DNA of 37,635 bases from Candidatus Kapaibacterium sp. (GTDB lineage: Bacteria; Bacteroidota; Ignavibacteria; Kapaibacteriales; NICIL-2): contig JAEUSO010000003.1 in NCBI GenBank assembly GCA_016788605.1, positions 1 to 37,635 on the forward strand. The letters run 5' to 3'. Under the pieces are notes generated by a model that was not told where the DNA came from, ran no database searches, and worked only from the letters and a program-made list of their open reading frames with translations. Shown piece after piece: positions 28,406 through 37,635 of this stretch (position 1 is the first letter of the stretch; the number at the start of each line of letters is the position of its first letter). Both the position numbers and the translations under genes were made by a program.

Positions 28406-28413
28406 CAAATCTA
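28406..28413 (-). promoter_or_regulatory. -7 box (TAGATTTG) for the DUF4160-DUF2442-icmF unit
   Basis: TAnnTTTG consensus 65 nt upstream of the DUF4160 start. Confidence 0.5.
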
Positions 28414-28548
28414 CGGGCAGCGTACAGATTGCAGGCGATACTCATGGGATGTGGAGTTGGCGGGCGGATGATGCCTTGCTTCTGTAGCATTGGTTACATA
28501 CCGTCGCTGTTTTGCTTCTCTTCTGAATTATGTCGGCTAAACAGGGAC

Positions 28549-28556
28549 TAACTTTG
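28549..28556 (+). promoter_or_regulatory. -7 box (TAACTTTG) for the rhodanese-thioredoxin gene
   Basis: TAnnTTTG consensus about 45 nt upstream of the start. Confidence 0.55.
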
Positions 28557-28601
28557 CAGCACGATATCTAAACATATTCTGTAACAGTATTACTCCACAC
28601 C

Positions 28602-29321
28602 ATGCGTATGAAATCTGTCATTACATCCCTGTTGATTTTGATTCTTGCAACCGTTGTCGCTTGCGATTCGCAGACAGCCACATCGCTTGCACCCGAGGCA
28701 TTTGCCAAAACCCTGAAAGAGACAAAAAATGCCGTTGTCCTTGATGTTCGCACACCGGACGAGTTCCAACGCGGCTTTTTACAAGGAGCAATGAATATTG
28801 ACTACAACAGCGATGGATTTGAAGCCGGTGTTAGTGCGCTTGACAAATCAAAACCATACTTTGTGTATTGTCTCTCGGGCGGACGCAGTTCCTCTGCCGC
28901 TTCCTATATGCGAAAAAACGGATTCACCAACGTGTATGAGCTGAAGGGCGGCGTTCTTGCATGGCAGAAGAGCAAATTGCCGCTGACAACAACCCAATCA
29001 GCTCCGCCTGCGTCGTCGGGAATGAGTATCAATGACTACAAGCAACTCATGCAAAGCCCAACACCCGTGCTTGTTGATTTCTACGCCCCGTGGTGCGGTC
29101 CGTGTAAAAAGATGGAGCCGATGCTGAAAGAGTTGGAGAGAGAGCGACCGTCGTCGCTTCGGATTGTTCGCATCAATGTTGATGAGAATAAAGACCTCGC
29201 GCAGTACCTCGGTATCGAGGCGATTCCCGTGCTGAAAATGTTTCGCAACGGCGCGGAACTCTGGTCACATTCCGGTTATGCCGATAAGGCAATGATTCTC
29301 GGTGCGTTGAAGGGGAGGTAA
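28602..29321 (+). CDS. Lipoprotein, rhodanese + thioredoxin fusion
   Basis: Lipobox-like VVAC; LDVRTPDEF, VYCLSGGRS, LKGG..AW; VDFYAPWCGPCK, IP. Confidence 0.88.
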   Translation: MRMKSVITSLLILILATVVACDSQTATSLAPEAFAKTLKETKNAVVLDVRTPDEFQRGFLQGAMNIDYNSDGFEAGVSALDKSKPYFVYCLSGGRSSSAASYMRKNGFTNVYELKGGVLAWQKSKLPLTTTQSAPPASSGMSINDYKQLMQSPTPVLVDFYAPWCGPCKKMEPMLKELERERPSSLRIVRINVDENKDLAQYLGIEAIPVLKMFRNGAELWSHSGYADKAMILGALKGR

Positions 29322-29326
29322 TTCTT

Positions 29327-30148
29327 CTACCCCGCCAACTGCTCGATGCTGACAAGGCGCGGCTGCGGTACGTCGAATCCTAAAAACTGCTTTGCCACTT
29401 GCGGGAAGGTGGCGGGAATGTCGGTGACGTAGTAGGTGATGCGGGTTGAGGGAATCTCGCGCAGAGGTGCAAGCGCGTCAGTTGAGCGGAGCGTCTCTTG
29501 TACTGTCAGTGCGGTGTGCTCGCCCGGGTCAATCAGTGTGGCAGTCGGGATGGCATCCTGTATTGTGGCGCGGAGCAACGGGTAATGCGTACAGCCAAGT
29601 ATCACCGTATCGGCATCAGCCATGACTAATGGTTTCATGTACTCTTCGGCAATGGCGCGGGTTGCGGGGTGCGCCACCCATCCTTCTTCGGCAAGTGGCA
29701 CAAAGAGCGGACACGGTTGACCAATCACCTCTATACGTCTGCCGTCCGCGTGCTGTTCGATATGCTTTGTATATGCATTACTGCCAACAGTTGCCCGCGT
29801 TCCCAGCACACCGATTCTTCCATTCCGCGTTTGCGCTATCGCCGCTTGTACCGACGGCTCAATCACTCCCGTAACGGGAACGCTGCTTGCCGAGCGGACT
29901 TCGCGCAGCGCAACCGCCGATGCGGTATTACACGCGATGATGATATGCTTTACGTTGTGCAGCTCCAAGAACCGCGCACATTGCAGCGAGTATTGCACTA
30001 CTGTTTCGGGTGATTTATTACCATACGGCACGCGGGCGGTGTCGCCGAGATACACATACTCTTCTTGCGGCATGAAATGCACCAAATGGCGCAATACGCT
30101 CAAGCCGCCTACGCCCGAATCAAATACACCGATTGGTTGTGTGTTCAT
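29327..30148 (-). CDS. murI: Glutamate racemase
   Basis: FDSGVGGLSV, DTARVPYG, IACNTAS, LGCTHYP. Confidence 0.96.
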   Translation of the reverse strand: MNTQPIGVFDSGVGGLSVLRHLVHFMPQEEYVYLGDTARVPYGNKSPETVVQYSLQCARFLELHNVKHIIIACNTASAVALREVRSASSVPVTGVIEPSVQAAIAQTRNGRIGVLGTRATVGSNAYTKHIEQHADGRRIEVIGQPCPLFVPLAEEGWVAHPATRAIAEEYMKPLVMADADTVILGCTHYPLLRATIQDAIPTATLIDPGEHTALTVQETLRSTDALAPLREIPSTRITYYVTDIPATFPQVAKQFLGFDVPQPRLVSIEQLAG

Positions 30149-30170
30149 GCGTTTCCGTATTGGTTTGTTG

Positions 30171-30959
30171 CTAATTCAGGGGAATCATATAGCCGAAGAG
30201 CGCATCAAGTATCAGGATGGATGCCGCCGAAAGTGTGAATGCACGAACCGTGCTTTGTCCAACGCCTTCTGCGCCGCCGGTGGTGCTCATGCCCACATAA
30301 CATCCTATTAGCGAGGTAACGCCACCAAAGGTGAACGACTTGCCCAAGCCGGTTGCTATCTCGGCTAAACTGAAGAACCGCTGCACTGAATCGAAAAAGA
30401 GCGTGGGCGAGAAATCAAACTTCAACATCGTCAGTACAAACGCGCCCGCAAGCGCAACCACATTCGAGAACACGGCAAGGATAGGCATCATAGTCAGCGC
30501 GGCTACCACGCGGGGCATTCCTAAGTAGCGGTTCTTATCAATCGCCATCATTTCCAGTGCGTCAATCTGTTCGGAGACCGCCATTGTTCCAAGTTGCGCG
30601 GCAATCGCTCCGCCCACCCGTCCGGCAATAACCAATGCCGTGAGAACCGGTGTCAGTTCTGTAAAGATGACCGTTGCAATCGAACCGCCTATGAAAGGGC
30701 GGGCAATCGCAATCAGGTTGAACTTATCGAAAAGGTTTGTTGCTTGCAGTGCGGCAATCGCTCCGGTGAATGAACCGATAAGGATAACGAGCGGCAGTGA
30801 ATCGGCACCCACAATGCCCATTTGCTCAATAACCAAGTGGCGGTCGCGTACGATGCGCGGCACATAACGAATCACGCGGGCAAGCAGCATTGCCACTGCG
30901 CCTATCTCGGCAAAAAGTCCGAGAACCGCCCTACCGATACGTGCAAAAAAATTGGTCAT
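30171..30959 (-). CDS. mlaE: MlaE-family ABC transporter permease
   Basis: ELTPVLTALVIAGRVGGAIAAQLGTMAVSEQIDALEMM, GAEGVGQST. Start MTNFF at 30959. Confidence 0.9.
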   Translation of the reverse strand: MTNFFARIGRAVLGLFAEIGAVAMLLARVIRYVPRIVRDRHLVIEQMGIVGADSLPLVILIGSFTGAIAALQATNLFDKFNLIAIARPFIGGSIATVIFTELTPVLTALVIAGRVGGAIAAQLGTMAVSEQIDALEMMAIDKNRYLGMPRVVAALTMMPILAVFSNVVALAGAFVLTMLKFDFSPTLFFDSVQRFFSLAEIATGLGKSFTFGGVTSLIGCYVGMSTTGGAEGVGQSTVRAFTLSAASILILDALFGYMIPLN

Positions 30960-30996
30960 GATACGTGCTGTGTGTTGGTGGGAATCATCCGTTCTG

Positions 30997-31572
30997 TTAT
31001 CCGTGCATAAGCGCAATGTTCGGCAGCGAGCGCACGATGTCCGCTTCGTATTCTAGCAACTCTGTCAGCCGCCGTTTTACCTCGCGGGCGGGAAAATGAT
31101 TCCTCGCAATCGTTGTGTAGGTGGCGTAGTGTCCGGCTTCCGATGCAAGCAGCGATTCATAGAACAATGCAAGCTGCGGGTCGGCGATGTGCTTTGCCAA
31201 GAGGGAGAACCGTTCGCAGGAACGCGCCTCGATAATCGCGCCGGTCAGGAGCATGTCAAGCATCCGTTCGGGGTCGGCGGTGCGGATTGCCTCGTGCAGC
31301 CGCCGTGCATACACCCCTTTGGTTTCGTGGCGGAGTGTAAGCCCGCGTTGTTGGATATACTCGAAGACAAGAGCGAAATGCTCCGTCTCCTCTTGCACAA
31401 TCGCAATCATTTCCTTTACCACGTCCATGCATGTAGGATAGCGTTGCATCAGCGTCATGGCAAAGGCGGCTGCCTTGCGTTCGCAATGGGCGTGGTCAAT
31501 CAGCAGCGCAGCGGTATTGGCACAGGCGGCGGTAATCCACGCAGGGTTTGTGTCGGCTTTCAGTCCAAGCAT
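30997..31572 (-). CDS. miaE: tRNA-(ms2io6A37) hydroxylase
   Basis: LIDHAHCERKAA, EE.EHF, IIEARSCERF, LLASEAGHY, C-terminal MHG. Confidence 0.92.
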   Translation of the reverse strand: MLGLKADTNPAWITAACANTAALLIDHAHCERKAAAFAMTLMQRYPTCMDVVKEMIAIVQEETEHFALVFEYIQQRGLTLRHETKGVYARRLHEAIRTADPERMLDMLLTGAIIEARSCERFSLLAKHIADPQLALFYESLLASEAGHYATYTTIARNHFPAREVKRRLTELLEYEADIVRSLPNIALMHG

Positions 31573-31596
31573 TGTGTTCGGTGTGGCGGGGTAATT

Positions 31597-32436
31597 CTAC
31601 GACCCCAACAGTGCAAGCACCTGTGCAAGCTGGCGGCGCAAATCGCGTCGGTGGACAATCAAGTCGGCAAAGCCGTGTTGCTGCTGGAACTCCGCGCTTT
31701 GGAATCCTTCGGGAAGTTTTTTGCGGATTGTCTGCTCAATCACACGCGGTCCGGCAAATCCAATCAGTGCTTTCGGTTCGGCAATGATAATATCGCCCAG
31801 CATGGCGTAGCTCGCACTCACGCCGCCCGTTGTGGGGTCGGTGAGAATCGAGATATACGGCAGCCCCGCATCAGCCACTTGCGTCAATGCAGCCGAGGTC
31901 TTTGCCATTTGCATCAGCGAGAACGCAGCTTCCTGCATCCGTGCGCCGCCTGATGCGCTAATCACCACGAGCGGGGCGTTCATCTCGATGGCGCGTTTTG
32001 CCGCACGCGAGAATTTTTCGCCCACTACAGAACCCATCGAGCCGCCGATAAAATTGAAATTCATACAACCGAAGGAAACCGTGCGCCCTTCTATCGTTCC
32101 GTAACCCACTGTCAGTGCGTCGCTTGTGCCGCCGCGCCGGTATGCTTCGCGCAAGCGGTCGGTGTAGGGCTTGGTGTCCACAAAGCCGAGCGGGTCGGCG
32201 GAGCGGACGTTTGTGTCGGTTTCCACAAACGAGTTTTCGTCGAAGAGAACCTTTGCGTATTGCTTGCTGCCGATTCGGAAATGGTTATCGCATTTCGGGC
32301 AGGTGAAGGCAAGTTCCTCTAACTGTTTTTTATAGATTATCTCGCCGCAGGCGTCGCACTTCGTCCACAGCCCGTCGGGCATTTCGCGCGGAGTTGTTTC
32401 CTGGATATTTTTCGATTTGCGTTGAAACCAAGGCAT
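31597..32436 (-). CDS. accD: Acetyl-CoA carboxylase carboxyltransferase beta subunit
   Basis: GLWTKC..C...CPKC, GGSMGSVVGE, SGGARMQE, PTTGGV.ASYAMLGD, GFAGPRVIEQT. Confidence 0.97.
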   Translation of the reverse strand: MPWFQRKSKNIQETTPREMPDGLWTKCDACGEIIYKKQLEELAFTCPKCDNHFRIGSKQYAKVLFDENSFVETDTNVRSADPLGFVDTKPYTDRLREAYRRGGTSDALTVGYGTIEGRTVSFGCMNFNFIGGSMGSVVGEKFSRAAKRAIEMNAPLVVISASGGARMQEAAFSLMQMAKTSAALTQVADAGLPYISILTDPTTGGVSASYAMLGDIIIAEPKALIGFAGPRVIEQTIRKKLPEGFQSAEFQQQHGFADLIVHRRDLRRQLAQVLALLGS

Positions 32437-32485
32437 GATGATATAAGGTAATGGTCAAATAGTATTGTTGTGTGCGTGCCGCCGA

Positions 32486-34159
32486 TTATCCGATGCGCCG
32501 TGTGCCGATGACGTTGTAGCGCGCCGCCACAAAGTTAAGGTCGGCGAAGGATGCGTTGCCCGCAGGGTTTGCGCCCGTTCCGTGAAAATCACTGAATGCT
32601 GCGGACTGATTAATCCAAATCGAACCGGTAAAGTTGAATGCGACGGGTGCGCCTGCGGCGATGAGTTCGCGCTCGGCGTAGTCCTGCATATCGGGATTGG
32701 TGGAATACACCGATGTTGTGAGTGCACCGTGGCTGCGGACGCTTTCCGCCATAAGGGTAATCGCTTGGGTAAAATCACCGACGGGTATGACAAAAGCAAT
32801 CGGACCGAACCACTCGCGTTCGTAGATGTCGCGCTGTGTGGCTGCTGCTTTTAAGAGCAGCGGTGTTACCGAACGCGCATTCTCGAATCCGGGCTGTGCC
32901 AATGCCGCGCTTGGGCGGATGACGGTTGCACCTTGCCCTGCTGCTGATGTGATACGCTCAAGCGTTGAAGGATTTTGGATTGCGCCGAATGTCTGCGCCA
33001 TTTTTTCATTCGCTGCGAGTGCGTCAATCTTTGCCGCAAGGCGGCTGGCAAACTCGTCGGGCGAGACAGTCCCGTCGGGCGTTGTGATGCCGCTTTCGGG
33101 TATGAAGAAGTTCTGCGGCGCGGTACACATCTGCCCGGAATACAGCAAAATGCTGAATGCAAGATTGTCGAGAACTGCATCAAGGTTTTCTACGCTTTCG
33201 ACCGCCACCGTGTTCACACCCGCTTTTTCGGTGAAGCATACCTTACCGTGTTGCATACACACGCGCTCAACTTCCGCTCCGAACGATGGCGAACCGGTGT
33301 AGTCCACTGTGCCCGTGCGCGGGTTGGCGATGAGTTCCATCGTCAGCGGATGCTCCGGCGAGGGAACGCCAAGCTGCACGATGTGCGGGTCGAGACCGAG
33401 CGACTGCAACGTGTGTTGCATCGAGGCAACAAGAATGGCAAGCGGATACACGACTTTCGGATGGACTTTTGCAACGGTTGCCGCACCGGTCATCAAACTT
33501 GCAAACATACCCGGAACGCTGTTCCAAATAGGAAATGTCGAGCAGCCGATGGTAACATTCACGCCTTTGGGAACAGCATGAAACCGCTTTTGGACGGTGA
33601 CGCTGATTTTGCCCATCGGTTTAACCCATGTTTGCTCTGTTGCGAATTGCGTTAATGCCGCATGTCCGGTTGCAACTGATTCAAGGGCGCGGTCGAACGA
33701 GTGCGGACCGGATGCCTGAAACGCCATCACGAACCCTTGTCCGGTGGTGTGCTGCGTGGCATAGCCAATCTCGAAAAAGTCCTTTGCGGCACGCTCCAAA
33801 CATTCGATAAGAACTGCTGCGCGGTCGTCCGCTGTGAGTGCGCTCCATTGCTTCTGCGCTGTTTCCGCACGGCTCATCAGGTTGGCGGCACTGCTGACGG
33901 GATAGGTGATTCCCATGCTGATTCCGTAGGGCGATTCTTCCTCGCCGTGCCATGCGTCGCCCTGCTGCACAAGCCGCGTGAACTGATTGCCGCGTTGGTT
34001 GTTGAATGTTACTTCGCCGTCGGCATTTGCTGTTTCGCCATAAATTTTACCGCTCGGCGCTTCCGCCCAACGGGCGTAAAATTCGCGTGTTGCTATTGCA
34101 TTGCGTGCGGCGGCGAGCGTCGGTGCGTGTGTCTCGCAGAGTTCCTGAAACCTGTTCAT
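32486..34159 (-). CDS. paaN: Aldehyde dehydrogenase family, phenylacetate degradation PaaN-like
   Basis: HTTGQGFVMAFQASGPH, GCSTFPIWN, DYTGS, EKAGVN, LYSGQMCTAPQN, FSDFHGTGANPAGNA. Start MNRFQ at 34159. Confidence 0.85.
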   Translation of the reverse strand: MNRFQELCETHAPTLAAARNAIATREFYARWAEAPSGKIYGETANADGEVTFNNQRGNQFTRLVQQGDAWHGEEESPYGISMGITYPVSSAANLMSRAETAQKQWSALTADDRAAVLIECLERAAKDFFEIGYATQHTTGQGFVMAFQASGPHSFDRALESVATGHAALTQFATEQTWVKPMGKISVTVQKRFHAVPKGVNVTIGCSTFPIWNSVPGMFASLMTGAATVAKVHPKVVYPLAILVASMQHTLQSLGLDPHIVQLGVPSPEHPLTMELIANPRTGTVDYTGSPSFGAEVERVCMQHGKVCFTEKAGVNTVAVESVENLDAVLDNLAFSILLYSGQMCTAPQNFFIPESGITTPDGTVSPDEFASRLAAKIDALAANEKMAQTFGAIQNPSTLERITSAAGQGATVIRPSAALAQPGFENARSVTPLLLKAAATQRDIYEREWFGPIAFVIPVGDFTQAITLMAESVRSHGALTTSVYSTNPDMQDYAERELIAAGAPVAFNFTGSIWINQSAAFSDFHGTGANPAGNASFADLNFVAARYNVIGTRRIG

Positions 34160-34248
34160 GTGATTCTGTGTTTTTTGGTGTCTTAGAAATACGGACTGCC
34201 AAATTACGTTATTCGCCTCAAAGATGCTCAAGACCTGTTTCATAGCAT

Positions 34249-34256
34249 TATCTTTG
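34249..34256 (+). promoter_or_regulatory. -7 box (TATCTTTG) for the AraC gene
   Basis: TAnnTTTG consensus 35 nt upstream of the start. Confidence 0.55.
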
Positions 34257-34290
34257 ACTCTTGACGCTATACAATTGACTATCTATCGCA

Positions 34291-34851
34291 ATGAAACTCT
34301 ACGTAAAGAACATGGTATGTAACCGATGCAAACTGATTGTCCAGCAAGTATTGGAGAAGTCAGGCGTTTTACCATTGAGCGTCACGCTAGGAGAAGTTAT
34401 TGTAGAAGAGGAACTGAGCAATAGTGAAAAACTGATTCTTGATTCTCAATTACAAAAATTCGGTTTTTTACTTATCGAAGATAAATCTATCAGAATGGTC
34501 AGTCAGATCAAGTGCTTGATTATTGAATTGGTGCACTATCGTAATAATTCACTTAATGGAAAATTATCCGAATATTTAAGCCATACTCTTCATCATGATT
34601 ATACACATCTCTCCAATCTCTTTTCGGATATTGAGCATATCACTATCGAACGATATTACATAACACAGAAAATTGAAAAAGTAAAAGAACTATTGGTATA
34701 TGACGAGCTGTCACTTTCAGAAATAGCATACCGCCTGAACTACTCGAGTGTTGCACATCTAAGCAATCAATTCAAAAAGATAACAGGTTATACGCCAACA
34801 CACTTCAAAAATACACGTACAAAAGACCGCAGGACATTAGATGAGATTTAA
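34291..34851 (+). CDS. AraC-family regulator with N-terminal CxxC (HMA-like) metal-binding domain
   Basis: KNMVCNRC; LSLSEIAYRLNYSSVAHLSNQFKKITGYTP. Confidence 0.9.
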   Translation: MKLYVKNMVCNRCKLIVQQVLEKSGVLPLSVTLGEVIVEEELSNSEKLILDSQLQKFGFLLIEDKSIRMVSQIKCLIIELVHYRNNSLNGKLSEYLSHTLHHDYTHLSNLFSDIEHITIERYYITQKIEKVKELLVYDELSLSEIAYRLNYSSVAHLSNQFKKITGYTPTHFKNTRTKDRRTLDEI

Positions 34852-34981
34852 TCGAACCATCATATAATTCTTTTCAATAATTGTGTAACAATCTTTGCCT
34901 TGATTCATAGAAATTTTGCACTCATAAATTAAAGGTGCACTGCTACTGTAGTGCTAACAATTATAATCTACAACACTATTT

Positions 34982-36487
34982 ATGAGTATGAAGCGCAGAG
35001 ATTTTATACGTTCAGCATCTATTGGAAGTTCACTGTTGCTCAATGGTGGACTAAGTTTTTTGACGCAATCATGTCAACACTCAATGGATATGGATGCTAG
35101 TCGTAGTTATACCGCGGTTGTTGAGGGTGATTTCAATACTGCCTTTCAGTTGCCACTTCAATCTTCTGCAAAAAACTCAAATTTATCTCCCCAGTACATT
35201 ACAACTCAGATATTCAGGAACAAGAACACACAAGCACTTGGCTATACCAATATGTTTCTTGGACCGACTCTAAGGGCAAATAATGGTGAGAGTGTAGCCA
35301 TTAGACTTACAAATCAGCTTTCTGAAGAAACAAATATCCATTGGCATGGATTAATTATTCCTCCAATAATGGACGGTCATCCAAAAAACATCATTCCACC
35401 AGGTGGATCATTTAATTATCAGTTTACCATTTCCCAAAGAGCCGGTACTTACTGGTATCATCCGCATCCACATGGTACTACTGGTTCTCAAGTATATCGT
35501 GGTCTAGCGGGGTTCTTCATTGTGAATGATGCCGAAGAGATTGCGTTAAACCTTCCTGCCGGTAACTATGAGATTCCGTTCCTGATTCAAGATAAACGTT
35601 TAGCTATGGATTCTTCATTAAGATATTCCCCAACAATGTCAGATACAATGACAGGATATTTGGGGGATACAGTCATGGTAAATGGTCTTTCAGCACCGTA
35701 TATGAACATTGAAAGTCGTTGGTATCGTCTTCGCGTCTTAAATGGCTCTAATGCTCGTCTTTACAATTTGGCATTCAGTAATAATGCTGGATTTTATGTT
35801 ATTGGTTCTGATGGAGGGTTGCTTCAAACACCTGAACGAGTTAATAGTATATTATTGGCACCGGGCGAAAGGGCGGATTTATTAATTGATTTCACTAACT
35901 ATACCACAGGTACTGAACTGTTCCTTCTCAGTAATGTTTTTAGTAACGGTGGGGTGCAGGGAGAACAATCTTTTAAAATATGTAAATTCAATGTTGTTAA
36001 TAGCGTTACTGACAATTTTACACTTCCATCAACATTATCTACAATAACTCGAATGCTGCCAGATTCCTCAATAAGAACTAGGAACTTTGATATTGGGAAT
36101 ATGATGAATGGTAATCATGGTAGTCATGCAACTGGTGGCTCATCTTCACCAATGCATACCATCAATAATAAGATATATAGTATGGATAGAATAGATGAAA
36201 CTGTACGTGCAGGGGAAACTGAAGTATGGGAGTTTGATAACTCGAAAGGAGATGAGATTCATCCAATGCATATACACGGATTACAGTTTCAAGTACTTGG
36301 AAGAACAGGCGGGCGAGGTATCATAACGCCTATTGAAAAGGGATGGAAAGATACCGTTTTGTGTATGCCAGGAGAAAAGGTAAAAGTAATCTTAACATTT
36401 CCCTACTCTCAAGGCACATTCGTTTTGCACTGCCACAACTTGGAACATAGTGATGACGGCATGATGCTCAACTATACAATACAATAA
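34982..36487 (+). CDS. Multicopper oxidase (CueO/CotA-like), Tat-exported, possibly lipoprotein
   Basis: KRRDFI signal, QSC lipobox-like; HWHG, WYHPH, HPMHIHG, HCHNLEHSDDGM. Confidence 0.93.
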   Translation: MSMKRRDFIRSASIGSSLLLNGGLSFLTQSCQHSMDMDASRSYTAVVEGDFNTAFQLPLQSSAKNSNLSPQYITTQIFRNKNTQALGYTNMFLGPTLRANNGESVAIRLTNQLSEETNIHWHGLIIPPIMDGHPKNIIPPGGSFNYQFTISQRAGTYWYHPHPHGTTGSQVYRGLAGFFIVNDAEEIALNLPAGNYEIPFLIQDKRLAMDSSLRYSPTMSDTMTGYLGDTVMVNGLSAPYMNIESRWYRLRVLNGSNARLYNLAFSNNAGFYVIGSDGGLLQTPERVNSILLAPGERADLLIDFTNYTTGTELFLLSNVFSNGGVQGEQSFKICKFNVVNSVTDNFTLPSTLSTITRMLPDSSIRTRNFDIGNMMNGNHGSHATGGSSSPMHTINNKIYSMDRIDETVRAGETEVWEFDNSKGDEIHPMHIHGLQFQVLGRTGGRGIITPIEKGWKDTVLCMPGEKVKVILTFPYSQGTFVLHCHNLEHSDDGMMLNYTIQ

Positions 36488-36516
36488 GAAATGCTAACAA
36501 TTAAAAAAAAATCAAT

Positions 36517-37182
36517 ATGAAAACACTTGTACTCAAGACAAACATAAATTGTGGGAGTTGTGTAGCTAAAGTAACTCCATTTTTAAATGACAACCCTTCA
36601 ATTCAGAATTGGGTAATAGATACCCAAAATCCTGATAAAATCTTAACCATCAATGGTCAAGTTTCTGAAAACCAAATTATAGAATTGATAACAAAAGCTG
36701 GTTTCACAGTAAAAAAAACTTATGATAGCAGCCCTAATGCTGACTTTTGGCATGATACTACTGTATGGAGAAAAGCAAGTTTTAACACGTTAAATTGCTT
36801 AATTGGCTGTTCTATAGGCGACTTTGGTATGATTATATATTTGCAAGTATACCATCATTATTGTCCTATGTGGCTTTCTATGCTTTTAGCTATCATTGCA
36901 GGGTTATTCACTTCCATTTTATTGGAAACCGCAATTTTATACTACAAAGAAAAGTTGACTTGGACACAGTCTTTGCAAATGGCTTTGGGAATGTCCTTAA
37001 TTTCTATGATCGCTATGGAAATAGCAATGAATATCACTGACTTTATGCTCACAGGCGGAAAAGCAGATTTTCATTCGCACACCTATTGGCTTGCCTTTGG
37101 TTTTGCCCTCATTGCAGGTTTTTTTGCACCACTTCCTTACAATTATTTTAAACTCAAAAAATATAACAAATCCTGTCATTAA
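36517..37182 (+). CDS. HMA (CopZ-like) domain fused to DUF4396 membrane domain
   Basis: TNINCGSC N-terminus; TLNCLIGCSIGD, SMIAMEIAMN..D, GF..PLPYNY..LK...K.CH. Confidence 0.8.
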   Translation: MKTLVLKTNINCGSCVAKVTPFLNDNPSIQNWVIDTQNPDKILTINGQVSENQIIELITKAGFTVKKTYDSSPNADFWHDTTVWRKASFNTLNCLIGCSIGDFGMIIYLQVYHHYCPMWLSMLLAIIAGLFTSILLETAILYYKEKLTWTQSLQMALGMSLISMIAMEIAMNITDFMLTGGKADFHSHTYWLAFGFALIAGFFAPLPYNYFKLKKYNKSCH

Positions 37183-37635
37183 TGGAAAATTCTCTTAAAA
37201 AAAATACCTTATACTCTGTACTGTATACATCACTTGCTTGCATAGCCGTTTGTCTGGTTTGCGATATTGTCATTTTTGGATTACTAGAACATCATAGTTC
37301 GTGGTCTGGAATATCCGCAATGTATTTGGCAATGGGTTTGGCTACTGTGGTTTCAAGTACTTTGCAAACGAGTTACATAAGCATTAGACATAACGAAAAC
37401 TTTTTTAAGGTGTTGAGAGCAATGTTTTTGATGGTATTGGTTTCTATGATTGGTATGGGCTTGGCAGAAATGATCTTACATTCGGGAATACACTCAGACG
37501 GACATACTATTCACGAAAGCATGAAGTCTGTTGAGGGTATGCACCACCACAATCACACTCACGAAATCACCAAAACATATATGCACCATACTATGATTAC
37601 ACCTTTTGCTCTTGGGTTAATGTTTTTTGGTGGTT
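37182..37635 (+). CDS. His/Met-rich membrane protein, DUF4396-like, 3'-truncated by window end
   Basis: Starts at the TAATG overlap and is open to the end: MENSLKKNTLYSVLYTSLACIAVCLVCD...SMIGMGLAE...HSGIHSDGHTIHESM...MHHHNHTHE. Missing from the ORF track. Confidence 0.75.
   Translation, partial: MENSLKKNTLYSVLYTSLACIAVCLVCDIVIFGLLEHHSSWSGISAMYLAMGLATVVSSTLQTSYISIRHNENFFKVLRAMFLMVLVSMIGMGLAEMILHSGIHSDGHTIHESMKSVEGMHHHNHTHEITKTYMHHTMITPFALGLMFFGG

Noticed and set aside
28342-28601. Missing icmF N-terminal half or cobalamin riboswitch upstream of the cassette
   Set aside because: Only 260 nt; no DxHxxG or GTPase-like reading and no recognisable B12 box.

Overview
Bacterial chromosomal segment from the Bacteroidota/Chlorobiota (FCB) group. 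This is inferred from TAnnTTTG -7 promoter boxes, several T9SS C-terminal-domain proteins and a T9SS plug gene; the gene style suggests Ca. Kapabacteria/Ignavibacteria-like. A GC-rich housekeeping backbone (nusB, Leu and Glu dehydrogenases, menA, RavA-like ATPase, gcvT, fbp, phoD, murI, mlaE, miaE, accD, paaN) is interrupted by AT-richer patches: a secreted BNR protein (7.3-9.05 kb), an IS1 relic (13.5-13.8 kb), a 25.3-28.4 kb cassette, and a copper-handling island running off the right end. The cassette holds a DUF4160/DUF2442 pair translationally coupled to a half-IcmF mutase, CGCAAAG repeats and a GxxExxY pseudogene. The most striking unexplained signals are: (i) a 70-bp non-coding element present twice in inverted orientation (9131-9200 and 25235-25304, 58/70 identical, ungapped), each copy at the edge of an AT-rich insert; (ii) the truncated or split IcmF behind a TA-like module flanked by an 8-bp direct repeat; (iii) a barrel-vWA-OmpA fusion divergent from the T9SS plug gene. 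No rRNA, tRNA or CRISPR array was seen. All family calls are by motif recognition, not database search.
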